Notes: generated by a model not told the origin, from the sequence alone. A stretch of 64,000 bases of DNA from Gammaproteobacteria bacterium (GCA_030425295.1 JAUIAT010000010.1:2124-66123), one strand, 5' to 3'; shown: positions 1 to 10,646, counted from the first letter of the stretch. Numbers and translations: made by a program.

Positions 1-908
1 CCTACATATCCAGGGCGCCTTAATGCTGAGCCTTGAGTTTTTTCCAAAAAAGTTTCTTCACTCCACATAAATAATTCGACTAACTTTATATTATCTAGAT
101 TATGTCGTGGCAAAAACGATGTTTCTTTGGTGTATTTTGCAAACCTATTCCATGGGCAAATAATTTGGCAGTCATCGCAACCAAAAATTCGATTGCCCAT
201 AGCTTTTCTGAATTCAATTGGAATAGAGCCCTTATTTTCAATGGTTAAGTAAGAAATACAGCGTCTAGCATCAATAATGTGAGGGGCAACAATAGCTTGC
301 GTTGGGCAAATGTCAATGCACGCAGTACACTTGCCGCAGTGTGCTTTAATTGGCTCATCAAGTGGCAAGGGTAGGTCGGTATAAATTTCACCAAGCAAAA
401 ACCATGAGCCAGCTTCTTTGTTCATTATCATTGCGTTTTTGCCTGTCCAGCCAATTCCTGCTTTTTCTGCAATTGCTCGTTCGAGAACTGGTGCGCTATC
501 ACAAAAAGCTCTATATCCGAATTCACCGATTTCAGCTTGAATTTTCTCAGCTAATTTTTGTAATTTCTTTCTGATTAGTTTGTGATAATCTTTTCCAAGA
601 GTGTATCTTGCAATATATGCTTTTGACTTATCTTTTAATACCTCCTTAAGGGCGACATCAGGAGGCAAGTAGTTCATGCTTACTGATATTATGCGAATGG
701 TACCAGGGACAAGTTCTTCTGGTCGAGAACGTTTGGTGCCATGCTTTTGCATGTAATCCATGTTGGCATTGAATTTATTTTCTAGCCATTGGTTTAGTCT
801 GCTCTCGGCAATAGATAGATTTGTATCAGTTATACCAACCTTGTAGAATCCCAGTTCAAGACCCCAGTCTTTTATTTGGTTTTTTAGTTCATTGAAGTTT
901 AATTGCAT
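1..908 (-). CDS. queG: Epoxyqueuosine reductase QueG (3' end runs off window)
   Basis: Not in ORF track. Minus-strand reading from ATG at 908 gives GRDYH-like, R-x-F-C-D-S-A-P-V-L-E, GIGWTGK, C-G-K-C-T-A-C-I-D-I-C-P-T, DARRCISYLTIE and GNRIFGCDDCQ..CPWN motifs. Confidence 0.92.
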   Translation of the reverse strand, partial: MQLNFNELKNQIKDWGLELGFYKVGITDTNLSIAESRLNQWLENKFNANMDYMQKHGTKRSRPEELVPGTIRIISVSMNYLPPDVALKEVLKDKSKAYIARYTLGKDYHKLIRKKLQKLAEKIQAEIGEFGYRAFCDSAPVLERAIAEKAGIGWTGKNAMIMNKEAGSWFLLGEIYTDLPLPLDEPIKAHCGKCTACIDICPTQAIVAPHIIDARRCISYLTIENKGSIPIEFRKAMGNRIFGCDDCQIICPWNRFAKYTKETSFLPRHNLDNIKLVELFMWSEETFLEKTQGSALRRPGYV

Positions 909-910
909 TG

Positions 911-2062
911 CTAATTGTTGAGTAAGTTATTCACAGATTGCCCGAGCTTGTTAACCTCAGTTATGCCAGGTAGTTTTTTCTTTAATGCTTTTAGCTCTGA
1001 TTTTTTAAGTTTTGCAAAATCTTTGTCGTTAATTATCTTACTTATATAATCTGCTAATAATTCAGGTTTTGCCTCTTGTTGAATAAATTCCGGAGCAATT
1101 TCTTTATCAGCAATTAGGTTGCAAAGGCCGATAAATTTTATGTGTCTAATTAAAAGCTTGCCTATAAAGTATGTTAACCCAGATAATTTATAGGCAATTG
1201 CTAAAGGAACTCCGAGTAGGGCGGTTTCTAGGGTGGCGGTACCTGAGGTTACGATTGCAGCATCTGCTAATTGAAGAGCAGAAAATCGCTTTTCAGTTAT
1301 AAGTTTAATGTCTAGTTCATGGTGCTGTTTTAATTGAGTTTGTACTAATTTAATGTCAATGCTAGGTGCTAAATTTAAGGTGAATTGCAGGTTGGGTATT
1401 TTATTATGTAGTAATTTAGCAGACTCTATGTAAACTGGCAACATGCGCTCTACTTCTTTTTTGCGACTTCCAGGAATTAATGCGATAGTTTTTTTGGTTT
1501 TATCCAGGTTAAAGAATTTAAGCGACTCGGCCTTGCTAAGCTCTGGTTTAATAGCTTCTGCACTGGGGTTGCCCGCAAAGGTAACGGGTATGCCAGAATT
1601 TTTGTAAACATCAACTTCAAAAGGCAAGATAACTGCCATATGATCAACGTTATCCCTGATAGTATTGATTCGACGTTTTTTCCATGCCCAAATTTGCGGG
1701 CTAATAAAATAGAATACTTTGATGCCATACTTTTTAGCAAGCTTTGCAATGCGAAGATTAAACCCAGGGTAGTCAACGAGCACTACCATATCAGGTTTAT
1801 TGGTTTTGAATATTTCTTCTATTTTTTTGTAGGTATGACGCAAAAGTGGAAGGACTTTCAATACTTCTACAAGACCAACCACAGCAATGTCTTTATAGTC
1901 CATGAAAATGTCAGCACCTTCATGGCGCATATCATCCCCGCCAATACCAAAAAATTCAATTGATTTATTGATTGCGTGGGTTGCTCGTATAAGCTCTGCA
2001 GCATGCGCGTCACCAGAAGCTTCACCGGCTAATATAAAAACACGCTTTGCCATAATGGTCAC
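911..2062 (-). CDS. lpxB: Lipid-A-disaccharide synthase
   Basis: AGEASGD, VDYPGFN, SPQIWAW, ILPFE, PGSR and SGTATLE motifs. Confidence 0.96.
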   Translation of the reverse strand: MTIMAKRVFILAGEASGDAHAAELIRATHAINKSIEFFGIGGDDMRHEGADIFMDYKDIAVVGLVEVLKVLPLLRHTYKKIEEIFKTNKPDMVVLVDYPGFNLRIAKLAKKYGIKVFYFISPQIWAWKKRRINTIRDNVDHMAVILPFEVDVYKNSGIPVTFAGNPSAEAIKPELSKAESLKFFNLDKTKKTIALIPGSRKKEVERMLPVYIESAKLLHNKIPNLQFTLNLAPSIDIKLVQTQLKQHHELDIKLITEKRFSALQLADAAIVTSGTATLETALLGVPLAIAYKLSGLTYFIGKLLIRHIKFIGLCNLIADKEIAPEFIQQEAKPELLADYISKIINDKDFAKLKKSELKALKKKLPGITEVNKLGQSVNNLLNN

Positions 2063-3012
2063 ACCATATTTCTAGTATGTGAATTCACAATATTAGTAAT
2101 CTCGATTGCAGTTTTGAGTGCTCTTAGACCATCTTCTCCGGTAACTGCAGCTTGCTTGCCTTCTTGTATGCTTTCAGTAAAGGATTTTATTTCATCCATT
2201 AGGGCATCTCCCTGCTCAAATGCCTGTTCTTCTTTAATAATCTCAGGAATGCCGGGAAACATTTCATTTTCACCTTTGTGGTGAATGGCAAGACGTCGGT
2301 TTTTAAGATCAAGTGCAAGATATGCATCATGCTGAAAAATACGTAAATTACGTTTTGGCTTTAGGCTCACACGGCTTGCTTTTACATTTGCAATGCAGCC
2401 GTTTTCGAACTCAAGGTGGGCGTGCACTATATCGAGCTGTTTTGAAAGCACTGATGTGCCGCTGGCTCTAATTTCTTTGAGAGGAGATTTTACTAATTCT
2501 TGAATAATATCAATGTCATGGATCATTAAGTCCAAAACTACATTAACTTCAGTGCCGCGTAGTTGAAAAGGAGCCAGGCGCTCACATTCAATGAACTTTG
2601 GGTTTTTTAATACTTTTTCAGATGCTTGAATAACTTTATTAAAGCGCTCTAGATGCCCCACTTGTAAAACTAGATTTTTTTGCTTGGCAATTTCAACTAA
2701 ATCTTCTGCTTCTTCAATGGTTGAGCAGATTGGTTTTTCAACTAATACGTGAACTCCGGCTTCTAGACATGCTTTCGCAACTTTGTGGTGTAAATCAGTA
2801 GGAGTTACAATGTTGACAGCATCAACATTTTTTAGGAGCTCGTGATAGTCATAATATGCTTTGGTGTTAAGTTTGTGGGCTATCTCATCACATCTTTTGT
2901 GATCTACGTCGCAGATGCCAGCAAGCTCTGCGTTTGAGAGTTGGGTGTACTTTTCTGCATGAAATTGACCAAGGTAACCAACGCCGATTACACCGCAACG
3001 TAATTGCTTCAT
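2059..3012 (-). CDS. Gfo/Idh/MocA oxidoreductase, likely GnnA-type UDP-GlcNAc 3-dehydrogenase
   Basis: GVGYLG, VEKP, VGHLERFN and DLMIHDID motifs; overlaps lpxB start. Start trimmed to MKQLRC at 3012. Confidence 0.85.
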   Translation of the reverse strand: MKQLRCGVIGVGYLGQFHAEKYTQLSNAELAGICDVDHKRCDEIAHKLNTKAYYDYHELLKNVDAVNIVTPTDLHHKVAKACLEAGVHVLVEKPICSTIEEAEDLVEIAKQKNLVLQVGHLERFNKVIQASEKVLKNPKFIECERLAPFQLRGTEVNVVLDLMIHDIDIIQELVKSPLKEIRASGTSVLSKQLDIVHAHLEFENGCIANVKASRVSLKPKRNLRIFQHDAYLALDLKNRRLAIHHKGENEMFPGIPEIIKEEQAFEQGDALMDEIKSFTESIQEGKQAAVTGEDGLRALKTAIEITNIVNSHTRNMV

Positions 3013-3146
3013 TTTTAACTCGTTTCTATAGGTGATATTTGCTAGGATGATCGCATTTTTTGGTGCATAATTCAAGATTGTTGGGCATGGTGATGAAAAG
3101 ATGTTGCCTATTACATAAAGCTTATCATAGATGTTAAGGAGCGAGA

Positions 3147-3722
3147 GTGGAGCAATTAATAGCTGGTGTCGACGAAGTTGGAAGAGGGTGTTTAGCGGGA
3201 CCAGTTGTGGTCGCAGCGGTAATTTTACCACCAGATCATGGTATTGAAGGGCTTAGAGACTCTAAAAAGTTATCAGCTAAAAGACGTGACGAGTTTTTTC
3301 AGCAAATTTGTAAAGTAGCAACTGCTTATTCCATAGCTGAAGTTACTGCTGACGAAATAGATAAAATTAATATTTTAGAGGCAACCAAGCTAGCTACTAA
3401 AAATTCTATTCTTAATTTATCTGTAAAGCCACATATGGCTTTAGTTGATGGTAATATGAAGTTAGATCTAGGTTGTGATTATGAATCAATAATCGGGGGA
3501 GACGATACAATAGCAGTTATTAGTGCTGCTTCAATTGTTGCTAAAGTGACGCGTGATCGAATGCTTGAGGATTATGAAAAACAATATCCAGGTTATGGTT
3601 TTGCTAAACATAAAGGATATGGAACCAAGCAGCACATTGAGGCATTAAAATCTTTAGGTGTTACGCCTATTCATAGAAAAAGTTTTGCGCCAGTTAGGAG
3701 GATACAAGCTAATCCTCTTTAA
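3147..3722 (+). CDS. rnhB: Ribonuclease HII
   Basis: GVDEVGRG, DSKKLS, ISAASIVAKVTRD and HKGYGT motifs. Confidence 0.97.
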   Translation: MEQLIAGVDEVGRGCLAGPVVVAAVILPPDHGIEGLRDSKKLSAKRRDEFFQQICKVATAYSIAEVTADEIDKINILEATKLATKNSILNLSVKPHMALVDGNMKLDLGCDYESIIGGDDTIAVISAASIVAKVTRDRMLEDYEKQYPGYGFAKHKGYGTKQHIEALKSLGVTPIHRKSFAPVRRIQANPL

Positions 3723-3987
3723 TTGAACCTTCGTGTAACCTATCTTCCATTCGTTTTTCGAAGTCTTTCTTGCGCTCACCAGTTTGAAACTTACTAGCTA
3801 AACCAATAATTAAATTACTGCCAGTTTTTTCAAAGATGAATGGAAAAATACCATGTAATATCAAAACTATTGCAACCATTAAGGCCTTGAATGATGCGCA
3901 ACACGACCACCAAAGATGTTGTAGGTATGTTTGTTTAACACTATTCGGGTGATCGCAAAAAAGTTTTTTAAGCATTTGAGTCTCCAT
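3709..3987 (-). CDS. Small membrane protein (DUF6356-like)
   Basis: F..HP.SV.QTY.QH...LHGIFPFIFE.TGS pattern. Confidence 0.7.
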   Translation of the reverse strand: METQMLKKLFCDHPNSVKQTYLQHLWWSCCASFKALMVAIVLILHGIFPFIFEKTGSNLIIGLASKFQTGERKKDFEKRMEDRLHEGSIKED

Positions 3988-4792
3988 TCTCGCTTATAAT
4001 TTGTTTACTCTTTATGGCTGAATTAATATGTTTCAAAATAGGTTTAATAATCCTAGGGGGTGCAGCCACAATATCTCCATATTTTAAATAGTCTTCACCA
4101 CCATTTGGGTCGCAAACTATACCGCCAGCTTCTTTGACAATTAGTGCTCCAGCAGCGATATCCCAACTATTTAACCCTAGTTCCCAAAAGCCGTCAACCC
4201 TACCACATGCTACATATGCAAGGTCAAGTGAAGCAGCACCCATGCGACGAACATCACGACAGTCGGTAAGTATTGGCTTTAAAGTTTTAAGGTTTTTCGC
4301 CTTAAGATTTTCGTCTTTAAATGCAAATCCCGTGGCAAGTAAAGCGCACTCAAATTTATTTTGCTTGCTAACTCTTATTTTATGGCCATTAAGTTGAGCG
4401 CCTTTACCTCGAGATGCGGTAAATAGATCTTGCTTAAATGGATCATAGATAACAGCATGCTCTATTTTGCCATTTAGTCGGAATGCAATTGAAATAGCGT
4501 AATGAGGGATGCCTTGGATGAAGTTGGCTGTGCCGTCAAGAGGGTCAATAATCCACATGGCATCTTCGTTTTCGCCGATCATCCCCATTTCTTCACAAAG
4601 GAAGCTATGGTCTGGATAGCGTTTTTGCAAAAATTCAACTATAGATTCTTCAACTTGTTTGTCTACAGATGTAACGAAATCATTAGGTGACTTTTCTTCA
4701 ATTTGCAAAAACTTCACACGATCGATTGCGTGTAGGATAATTTTACTTGCTTCACGAACAGCAGTAACTGCGCTATTTAAAATAGGATTCAT
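3968..4792 (-). CDS. suhB: Inositol monophosphatase family / Nus factor SuhB
   Basis: DFVT.VD, WIIDPLDGT.NF, RRMGAASLDL and WDIAAG motifs. Confidence 0.93.
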   Translation of the reverse strand: MNPILNSAVTAVREASKIILHAIDRVKFLQIEEKSPNDFVTSVDKQVEESIVEFLQKRYPDHSFLCEEMGMIGENEDAMWIIDPLDGTANFIQGIPHYAISIAFRLNGKIEHAVIYDPFKQDLFTASRGKGAQLNGHKIRVSKQNKFECALLATGFAFKDENLKAKNLKTLKPILTDCRDVRRMGAASLDLAYVACGRVDGFWELGLNSWDIAAGALIVKEAGGIVCDPNGGEDYLKYGDIVAAPPRIIKPILKHINSAIKSKQIISENGDSNA

Positions 4793-5001
4793 AATTTTGT
4801 TTCTTCTCGATTGATGGTTAGTAGGGCAGCCAAATGTATTGCCATATTGCTACAAATTATTTGTATATTTTTTTGCAGCACCAAGTGTTTTTGGGCCCTT
4901 GAGAATAATGTGAACATATTATCAGAATTAACTTATTAGTAAAGGAGAAGGTGTCACATTTCAGCATGAATAATAAAATATATTCCCATCATTATAAAAT
5001 C

Positions 5002-5028
5002 GTCATCTCCGACTTGATCGGGGATCCA
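5002..5028. repeat. Half copy of GTCAT-type REP-like palindrome
   Basis: gtcatctccgacttgatcggggatcca resembles copies at 17995, 45487 and 56091. Confidence 0.55.
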
Positions 5029-5033
5029 GCTTT

Positions 5034-6755
5034 CTAGGTGTAACGCCTTCTGTAGGGTATGTATTCAGGTTCCCACATGTTGTTATTAATTAAATCTTCA
5101 AGATTTGCTTCTTTATTGATTTGGGCCACACCTTCAGAAATAGCTTGCTTTGCAACTGCAATTGCAACCTTGCGCGCTGTTTCTTGCGCTTGCTCAAGTG
5201 ATGGTAATAGTCCTTTTTGAATGTCATGTGACATTAAGGCAGGAGCATAATCAGCAATTGCTTCACTGGCTTTATAAAGCATGGCATCAGTTATTTGAGT
5301 TGCTTGCACCATTAGTGCTCCAAGGCCTATGCCTGGAAATGCAAAGGCATTATTGCACTGAGCAATTCTAAAGGTTTTGCCTTTATAGCTCACAGGATCA
5401 AAAGGGCTTCCCGTTGCTATCATTGCTTTACCTTTAGTCCACTCAATTAAGTCTTGAGGTAAGGCTTCAGCTTTAGATGTTGGGTTTGATAGTGGAAGAA
5501 TGATTGGGTTGTTAACGTGCTCTGCCATGTGTTCTATCATTTCTTTAGTAAAAGCCCCGGAAACGGTTGAGCACCCTAAAAGAATAGTTGGTTTAACATG
5601 TTGAATAACTTCATCTAAGCTAGCTGAACTATCAGTAGCGGTATCCCAGGCCTTTGTATGTTCTGATGACCTTGCAAAATGTAATTGATTTTCTCGTTTG
5701 TAACGTTTTTCGGTAATCAAGCCTTCTCGATCAATGAGCCAGAAGCATTTACGAGCTTTTTCTGGGTCAATTCCATCGGCAATCATTGCTGATTTAATTT
5801 GATCAGCAATACCTACACCTGCTGAGCCTGCCCCAAATACAACAATTCTTTGGTCTTCTAATTTTGATCCTTGCAGTTTTGCTGCAGCAATTAGTGCACT
5901 TAGAGTAATTACGCCGGTGCCCTGAATATCATCATTAAAGCTGCAAATTGTTTCACGATAATTCTCGAGATTGGCAAAGGCATTTCTAGCACCAAAGTCC
6001 TCCCAGTGGAGAAGGGCGTTAGGGAATTTAGCTTTGACAGTAGATACGAATTTATTAATAAAGGCGTCATATTCTGCGCCTTCAACACGTTTATTATGCC
6101 ACCCGAGGTATTGTGGGTCATCAAGTAGACTTTGGTTGTTAGTTCCCACATCTAACATGATTGGCAAGGTGCGATTTGGGTCAATTCCAGCGCATAGAGT
6201 ATAGACCATCAGTTTTGCAATTGGAATATCCATAGCTCCAACACCTTGGTCACCTATACCTAGCACACCTTCACCATCAGTTACCACAATAAGATCAATA
6301 TCTGGGTTAGATCTGTTGTCAAGTAATTTATCGATGTGATCGGCATTTTGATATGAGATATACATGCCACGCTCTTGGCGAAAATCTCGACTAAACTGCT
6401 GTACGGCCGAACCGACTATGGGTGTATAAATAACCGGAACCATTTCTTCTATATGATCTTGAACCAGCTTGTAAAACAACACCTGATTTTTATTTAATAA
6501 ATTATTTAAATAAATATTTTTATGGATATCAGTTGGGTAGTTTTGATATTGTAGATATGCGCGCTTAGCTTGTTCTTCAAGTGACTCAACACGAACTGGA
6601 AGTTTGCCAATCAGGTCAAAATCAAGGCGCTCCTCATCTGTGAAGGCTGTGCCTTTATTGAGCTGTGATATGGTTAGTAATGATTTTCCAAAGTGAGAAG
6701 TTTCAATCCATTTCTCGCCAGTTTCCTTGTCATGAATAAGCCTAAAATCTAACAT
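5034..6755 (-). CDS. maeA: NAD-dependent malic enzyme
   Basis: NKGTAF, YTPIVG, LGIGDQG, FNDDIQGT, GAGSAG and LSNPT motifs; start trimmed to MLDFRL. Confidence 0.94.
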   Translation of the reverse strand: MLDFRLIHDKETGEKWIETSHFGKSLLTISQLNKGTAFTDEERLDFDLIGKLPVRVESLEEQAKRAYLQYQNYPTDIHKNIYLNNLLNKNQVLFYKLVQDHIEEMVPVIYTPIVGSAVQQFSRDFRQERGMYISYQNADHIDKLLDNRSNPDIDLIVVTDGEGVLGIGDQGVGAMDIPIAKLMVYTLCAGIDPNRTLPIMLDVGTNNQSLLDDPQYLGWHNKRVEGAEYDAFINKFVSTVKAKFPNALLHWEDFGARNAFANLENYRETICSFNDDIQGTGVITLSALIAAAKLQGSKLEDQRIVVFGAGSAGVGIADQIKSAMIADGIDPEKARKCFWLIDREGLITEKRYKRENQLHFARSSEHTKAWDTATDSSASLDEVIQHVKPTILLGCSTVSGAFTKEMIEHMAEHVNNPIILPLSNPTSKAEALPQDLIEWTKGKAMIATGSPFDPVSYKGKTFRIAQCNNAFAFPGIGLGALMVQATQITDAMLYKASEAIADYAPALMSHDIQKGLLPSLEQAQETARKVAIAVAKQAISEGVAQINKEANLEDLINNNMWEPEYIPYRRRYT

Positions 6756-6985
6756 TAGATTTCCTTTAATTTGATATGTTTCCCACGCAAGCGCAAGATT
6801 ATACATTTTTATTTATTAATTTTACATTATTTTTGAACAATATTCCTGTAGGGATGCTCTTGTATGCTTTCTGATCGTATTTTACGCGATTTTTTTCTGA
6901 GTTTTATAAGTTAGTGGCTTCATATCACACGCTAGTCGCTAATAGATAAAAAACTACAGCGTTATCGGTTACTCGCCCCTAATTA

Positions 6986-8236
6986 TTAGTCTTCAAAAAT
7001 TAGATCATCTGGCTTAAGTCGTTTATCGCGGGCAGAGCGGTGGCGAGCCTGGCGATCAATGTCTATATAACGATCGGTGATCATTGCATTGCCGTGGCCT
7101 GCGTCATCCCGGACATGTTCTCTTGGTCGATGTTCCACATCAGCAGAGATTGCAGTATGTCTTAACCAGTGAACGGTAGCGTTAGCTAAATCTTGTGCCT
7201 CATCCATTTTGTTAGCTTTTTGTAGTGAGTGAATTGCCGCGTCGAAGCATGTTTGAACGATATTTCTAATTTGTCTGCTACCAAGTCCGCCGCGACCTTT
7301 TTCTTTATGTAACATTGATGTTTGTTCATTTCGTTGTGGTAGGGGGGTAAGATTCCTACTGATTCGGTAACGTTTTAATGCTGTAAGCATTTCTTCTGGA
7401 ACGGCAATATCGCGCCACTTATTACCCTTTGAAAGTGTTGAAAGCCACCAGTAACCATGTTGGTCAGGCATGAAATCACCCATGGTTGGGGTATGGCGAG
7501 ATGAGTCGGCGAGTTCAGAAATACGAAGACCAAGCATATAAAATGCAGTCATTATGAATAAGTGGCGTTCATATTTAGGATTTTCATCCGCCATTTTTTC
7601 AATAGTATTAATTACAGAGCTCCATTGAATAGAGCTTAATTTTCTAGTAATTCGTTGGTTTTGCTTTTTCTGCACATATTGACTTTTCTGGCGAAGAAGT
7701 TGAATTGGATTAGATTTTATATATTCTTCTTGGACTAAATAACTAAAAAACGTACTTAAGCATGCTAAAAGATTAGCGATTGTGGTGTTGCTCGGTTGGT
7801 ATTGGTCGCGAGTTCTTGATTGCCCAAGCTTACGGTGAGCTTTTTGGGTGCGAACCACAAATGGGCGCCAATCTTTATTCACTGTCCTAAGCCCCTCTGT
7901 GTTATGAAATCTAGGGAAATATTGAGTGGAGATCCAGCTAATTGGAGGCTTTTGGAAAAACTCAATATAGTCACGCAAATCATGCCTATCTAATTCTGGT
8001 AACGGTTTTTTCGCAATTAACCAGCTCCATTGGATTACTCGTTCTACTTCACGACGGTATGCATTAAATGTATCTTCTGATCCTGTGTAGCTTTTCAGAA
8101 AGCCTAAGGTATGTTTGAAGTCGTCATTAACCCCATATACATCAATTTCATTCATATATTGAGTTACTTCAGGCGGTGAAATTTCTTCTATGTTTGCTAG
8201 GTTGTCAAATAGAGGTTGTGGAGACTCAGATTTCAA
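6986..8236 (-). CDS. Tyrosine recombinase / site-specific integrase
   Basis: Catalytic set LGLRISE, SKGNK, HWLRH, AGH and DRY; N-terminal SAM-like AYRREVER helix. Confidence 0.9.
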   Translation of the reverse strand: MKSESPQPLFDNLANIEEISPPEVTQYMNEIDVYGVNDDFKHTLGFLKSYTGSEDTFNAYRREVERVIQWSWLIAKKPLPELDRHDLRDYIEFFQKPPISWISTQYFPRFHNTEGLRTVNKDWRPFVVRTQKAHRKLGQSRTRDQYQPSNTTIANLLACLSTFFSYLVQEEYIKSNPIQLLRQKSQYVQKKQNQRITRKLSSIQWSSVINTIEKMADENPKYERHLFIMTAFYMLGLRISELADSSRHTPTMGDFMPDQHGYWWLSTLSKGNKWRDIAVPEEMLTALKRYRISRNLTPLPQRNEQTSMLHKEKGRGGLGSRQIRNIVQTCFDAAIHSLQKANKMDEAQDLANATVHWLRHTAISADVEHRPREHVRDDAGHGNAMITDRYIDIDRQARHRSARDKRLKPDDLIFED

Positions 8237-9162
8237 TTTTTATCTCCATTTTTAGCAAGCTCTTTACTATTTTTTTTGGCAATCTTTGCTTCTGGAATCT
8301 CCTCTTTTATTTCTTCTTCTGGTTTGATCGGGCCCATTTCATGCGCTGGGTGTATACCGTGGTCATCGTGACTAATAACTTCTTTATTCCAAGGGAGATT
8401 TTTATAAGGAGCCTGTTCATCCATGGAGTATATTGGGTATTTGATAATATTAAAATATGGAGATTGATCAAAATCAGGGGGAGAAAAAAGTCGAGGGTTT
8501 CTTTGGATCATCTCAATTTCCTTGTCATTAGTTTTTCTAATGTGAGGTAATATTGGAAAATCAATTGACATGAAGGCCTCAGCAATCATTGACGAGCATA
8601 TTTCCCTTGTAGCCTCTTTAGGATGCTTGAATAAAGTCGATAAGAATCTTCTGGGTAGGATGCCCCAAGGCAGCATAAATCTCATAAGATCAAAAACGTG
8701 ACGAATACTGTATTCGCGACCCAAGTGATCAATCGCATAAGCAATAACTTTTTGCGCGTCTTTTCGAGAAATTGCCTGGGGACGGCAAATACGAATATGA
8801 TCTTTGCGATAGTGTGTTAATGGGGCCACATATGTGCCTTTACCTATAAAGCTTTCAATTATAAGGCGGCGATCAGCTGGAAATTGGCCAACTAAATGTT
8901 CGCGGATTTTTTTGCGTAATTCTGGGTTTTCAATATCATGCAATCGCCCTATGTAGAGAGCTGCATGAGTCCATTGGCTTTGGGTGATTTTTTTTATGAT
9001 GTTACTCATGCGGCTAGTTCCTTCTATGAGCAATACATCTCCTGGCCTAATTTCATAAACCAGTCGGTCAAAATCTGTTAGATATCCGTGTACTCGAGGA
9101 CCTTCTTTACTTAAAAATTTACTAAGTTTTTGAAAAATCCAGTTTCCTATTTTCCATGACAT
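8233..9162 (-). CDS. Permuted papain-like NlpC/P60 (YiiX/YebB family) protein
   Basis: RPGDVLL, SQWTHAALYIG and ICSSMIAEAF (His before Cys = permuted order). Confidence 0.85.
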   Translation of the reverse strand: MSWKIGNWIFQKLSKFLSKEGPRVHGYLTDFDRLVYEIRPGDVLLIEGTSRMSNIIKKITQSQWTHAALYIGRLHDIENPELRKKIREHLVGQFPADRRLIIESFIGKGTYVAPLTHYRKDHIRICRPQAISRKDAQKVIAYAIDHLGREYSIRHVFDLMRFMLPWGILPRRFLSTLFKHPKEATREICSSMIAEAFMSIDFPILPHIRKTNDKEIEMIQRNPRLFSPPDFDQSPYFNIIKYPIYSMDEQAPYKNLPWNKEVISHDDHGIHPAHEMGPIKPEEEIKEEIPEAKIAKKNSKELAKNGDKN

Positions 9163-10529
9163 GCCTTGTCAACTCCGGTAGCTAGCGTCCTTGCAATTCC
9201 AATATACCCTTCTGGAGTGAGTGCTTGCAAGCCTGCTTTTATTTCGGGAGGTAATTCTAGTGTTTCAATAAAACTATGAGTCAGATTTTTATCTATGTTT
9301 TTCCCTCGAGTAAAGGTCTTTAATTCCTCATATGCTTTATCGTTGCCAAACTTGCGCATTACCGTCTGAATTGCTTCAGCTAGTACTGCCCAGTTTTGGT
9401 TTAGATCTGATTTAATGGATTCTTCATTTGGCTCTAGTTTGCTTAAACCTTTTTCTAATGCTTGATATGCTAAATCCGAATGCCCAAATGCAACACCTAG
9501 ATTTCTGAGAACAGTTGAGTCGCTAAGGTCACGCTGCCACCTGGAAATAGGTAGCTTGCGTGAAAAATGATCAAATAATGCATTTGCAATCCCAAGGTTA
9601 CCTTCTGCATTTTCAAAATCGATCGGGTTAACTTTGTGCGGCATAGTAGATGATCCAACTTCATTGTCTTTCATTTTTTGCTTGAAATGACCGATTGAGA
9701 TATAGCTCCAAATATCACGAGCCATGTCAATTAGAATAGTATTTATTCTAACCATGTTGTGAGATATTTCTGCAATAAAGTCATGTGGTTCAATTTGTGC
9801 AGTATAAGGGTTTGCAACTAAACCTAAGCTTTCAATAAATTCTTTGGAAACTTTTTCCCAGTTAACGTCAGGGTAGGCTGCCATATGTGCGTTAAAGTTG
9901 CCGACAGCACCACTGAATTTACCAAGATAATCAATTTGCTCACATTGTTTTATTTGGCGGGAAATTCTATAAGCAAAATTTGCAATTTCTTTACCTAATG
10001 TTGTTGGGGTGGCGGGCTGCCCATGAGTCCGTGAAAGCATTGCAAGGCCAGAATAATTTTCAGCCATTTTAATAAGAGTATTATTAAGGCCTTTTAATCT
10101 TGGTAATAATACATGTTCTCGATTATCTTTTAGCATTAGCGCATATGCTAAATTATTAACATCTTCTGAAGTGCAGCCAAAGTGGATAAATGGAATCCAT
10201 GACTTAAATTCTTCGTGATTTTTGAGCTTTCTCTGTAAAAAATACTCAACTGATTTCACATCATGATTGGTAACTTTTTCAAATTCTTTAACAAGTTCTG
10301 CATCTTCTAATGACCAGTTAGTTAATATGTCATCTAGTAATGATAAGTCTTTGCGGGCTTTTATTTCAGAAATTTTGGGGAGATTTGAAAGATGTTTTAG
10401 CCATAATATTTCGACTTTGGCTCTATAAAAGATAAGTGCATTTTCGCTAAAATATTTTGCTGTTTCCCTGGTTTTTAGGTTATAACGTCCGTCAAGGGGG
10501 GAAACTAAATTTAGTGACTCACTTGTCAT
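9147..10529 (-). CDS. purB: Adenylosuccinate lyase
   Basis: SPLDGRY, TNHDVK, RTHGQPATPTT and GSSTMPHKVNPIDFEN motifs; start trimmed to MTSESL after GAGG. Confidence 0.97.
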   Translation of the reverse strand: MTSESLNLVSPLDGRYNLKTRETAKYFSENALIFYRAKVEILWLKHLSNLPKISEIKARKDLSLLDDILTNWSLEDAELVKEFEKVTNHDVKSVEYFLQRKLKNHEEFKSWIPFIHFGCTSEDVNNLAYALMLKDNREHVLLPRLKGLNNTLIKMAENYSGLAMLSRTHGQPATPTTLGKEIANFAYRISRQIKQCEQIDYLGKFSGAVGNFNAHMAAYPDVNWEKVSKEFIESLGLVANPYTAQIEPHDFIAEISHNMVRINTILIDMARDIWSYISIGHFKQKMKDNEVGSSTMPHKVNPIDFENAEGNLGIANALFDHFSRKLPISRWQRDLSDSTVLRNLGVAFGHSDLAYQALEKGLSKLEPNEESIKSDLNQNWAVLAEAIQTVMRKFGNDKAYEELKTFTRGKNIDKNLTHSFIETLELPPEIKAGLQALTPEGYIGIARTLATGVDKACHGK

Positions 10530-10646
10530 TTCAAACCTCTTGTTTAATTTGGCTGGGTAAGGGCTAAGCATACCCCTAATAACATTAAGTTAAAAGGAGT
10601 ATGTTATTTTAGTATAGCAGATAGGGTTTTAAACCAATTTGGGGAT

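Noticed and set aside
6986-8236. Prophage or ICE around the integrase
   Set aside because: Flanks are malic enzyme and purB; no structural, transfer or att features seen.
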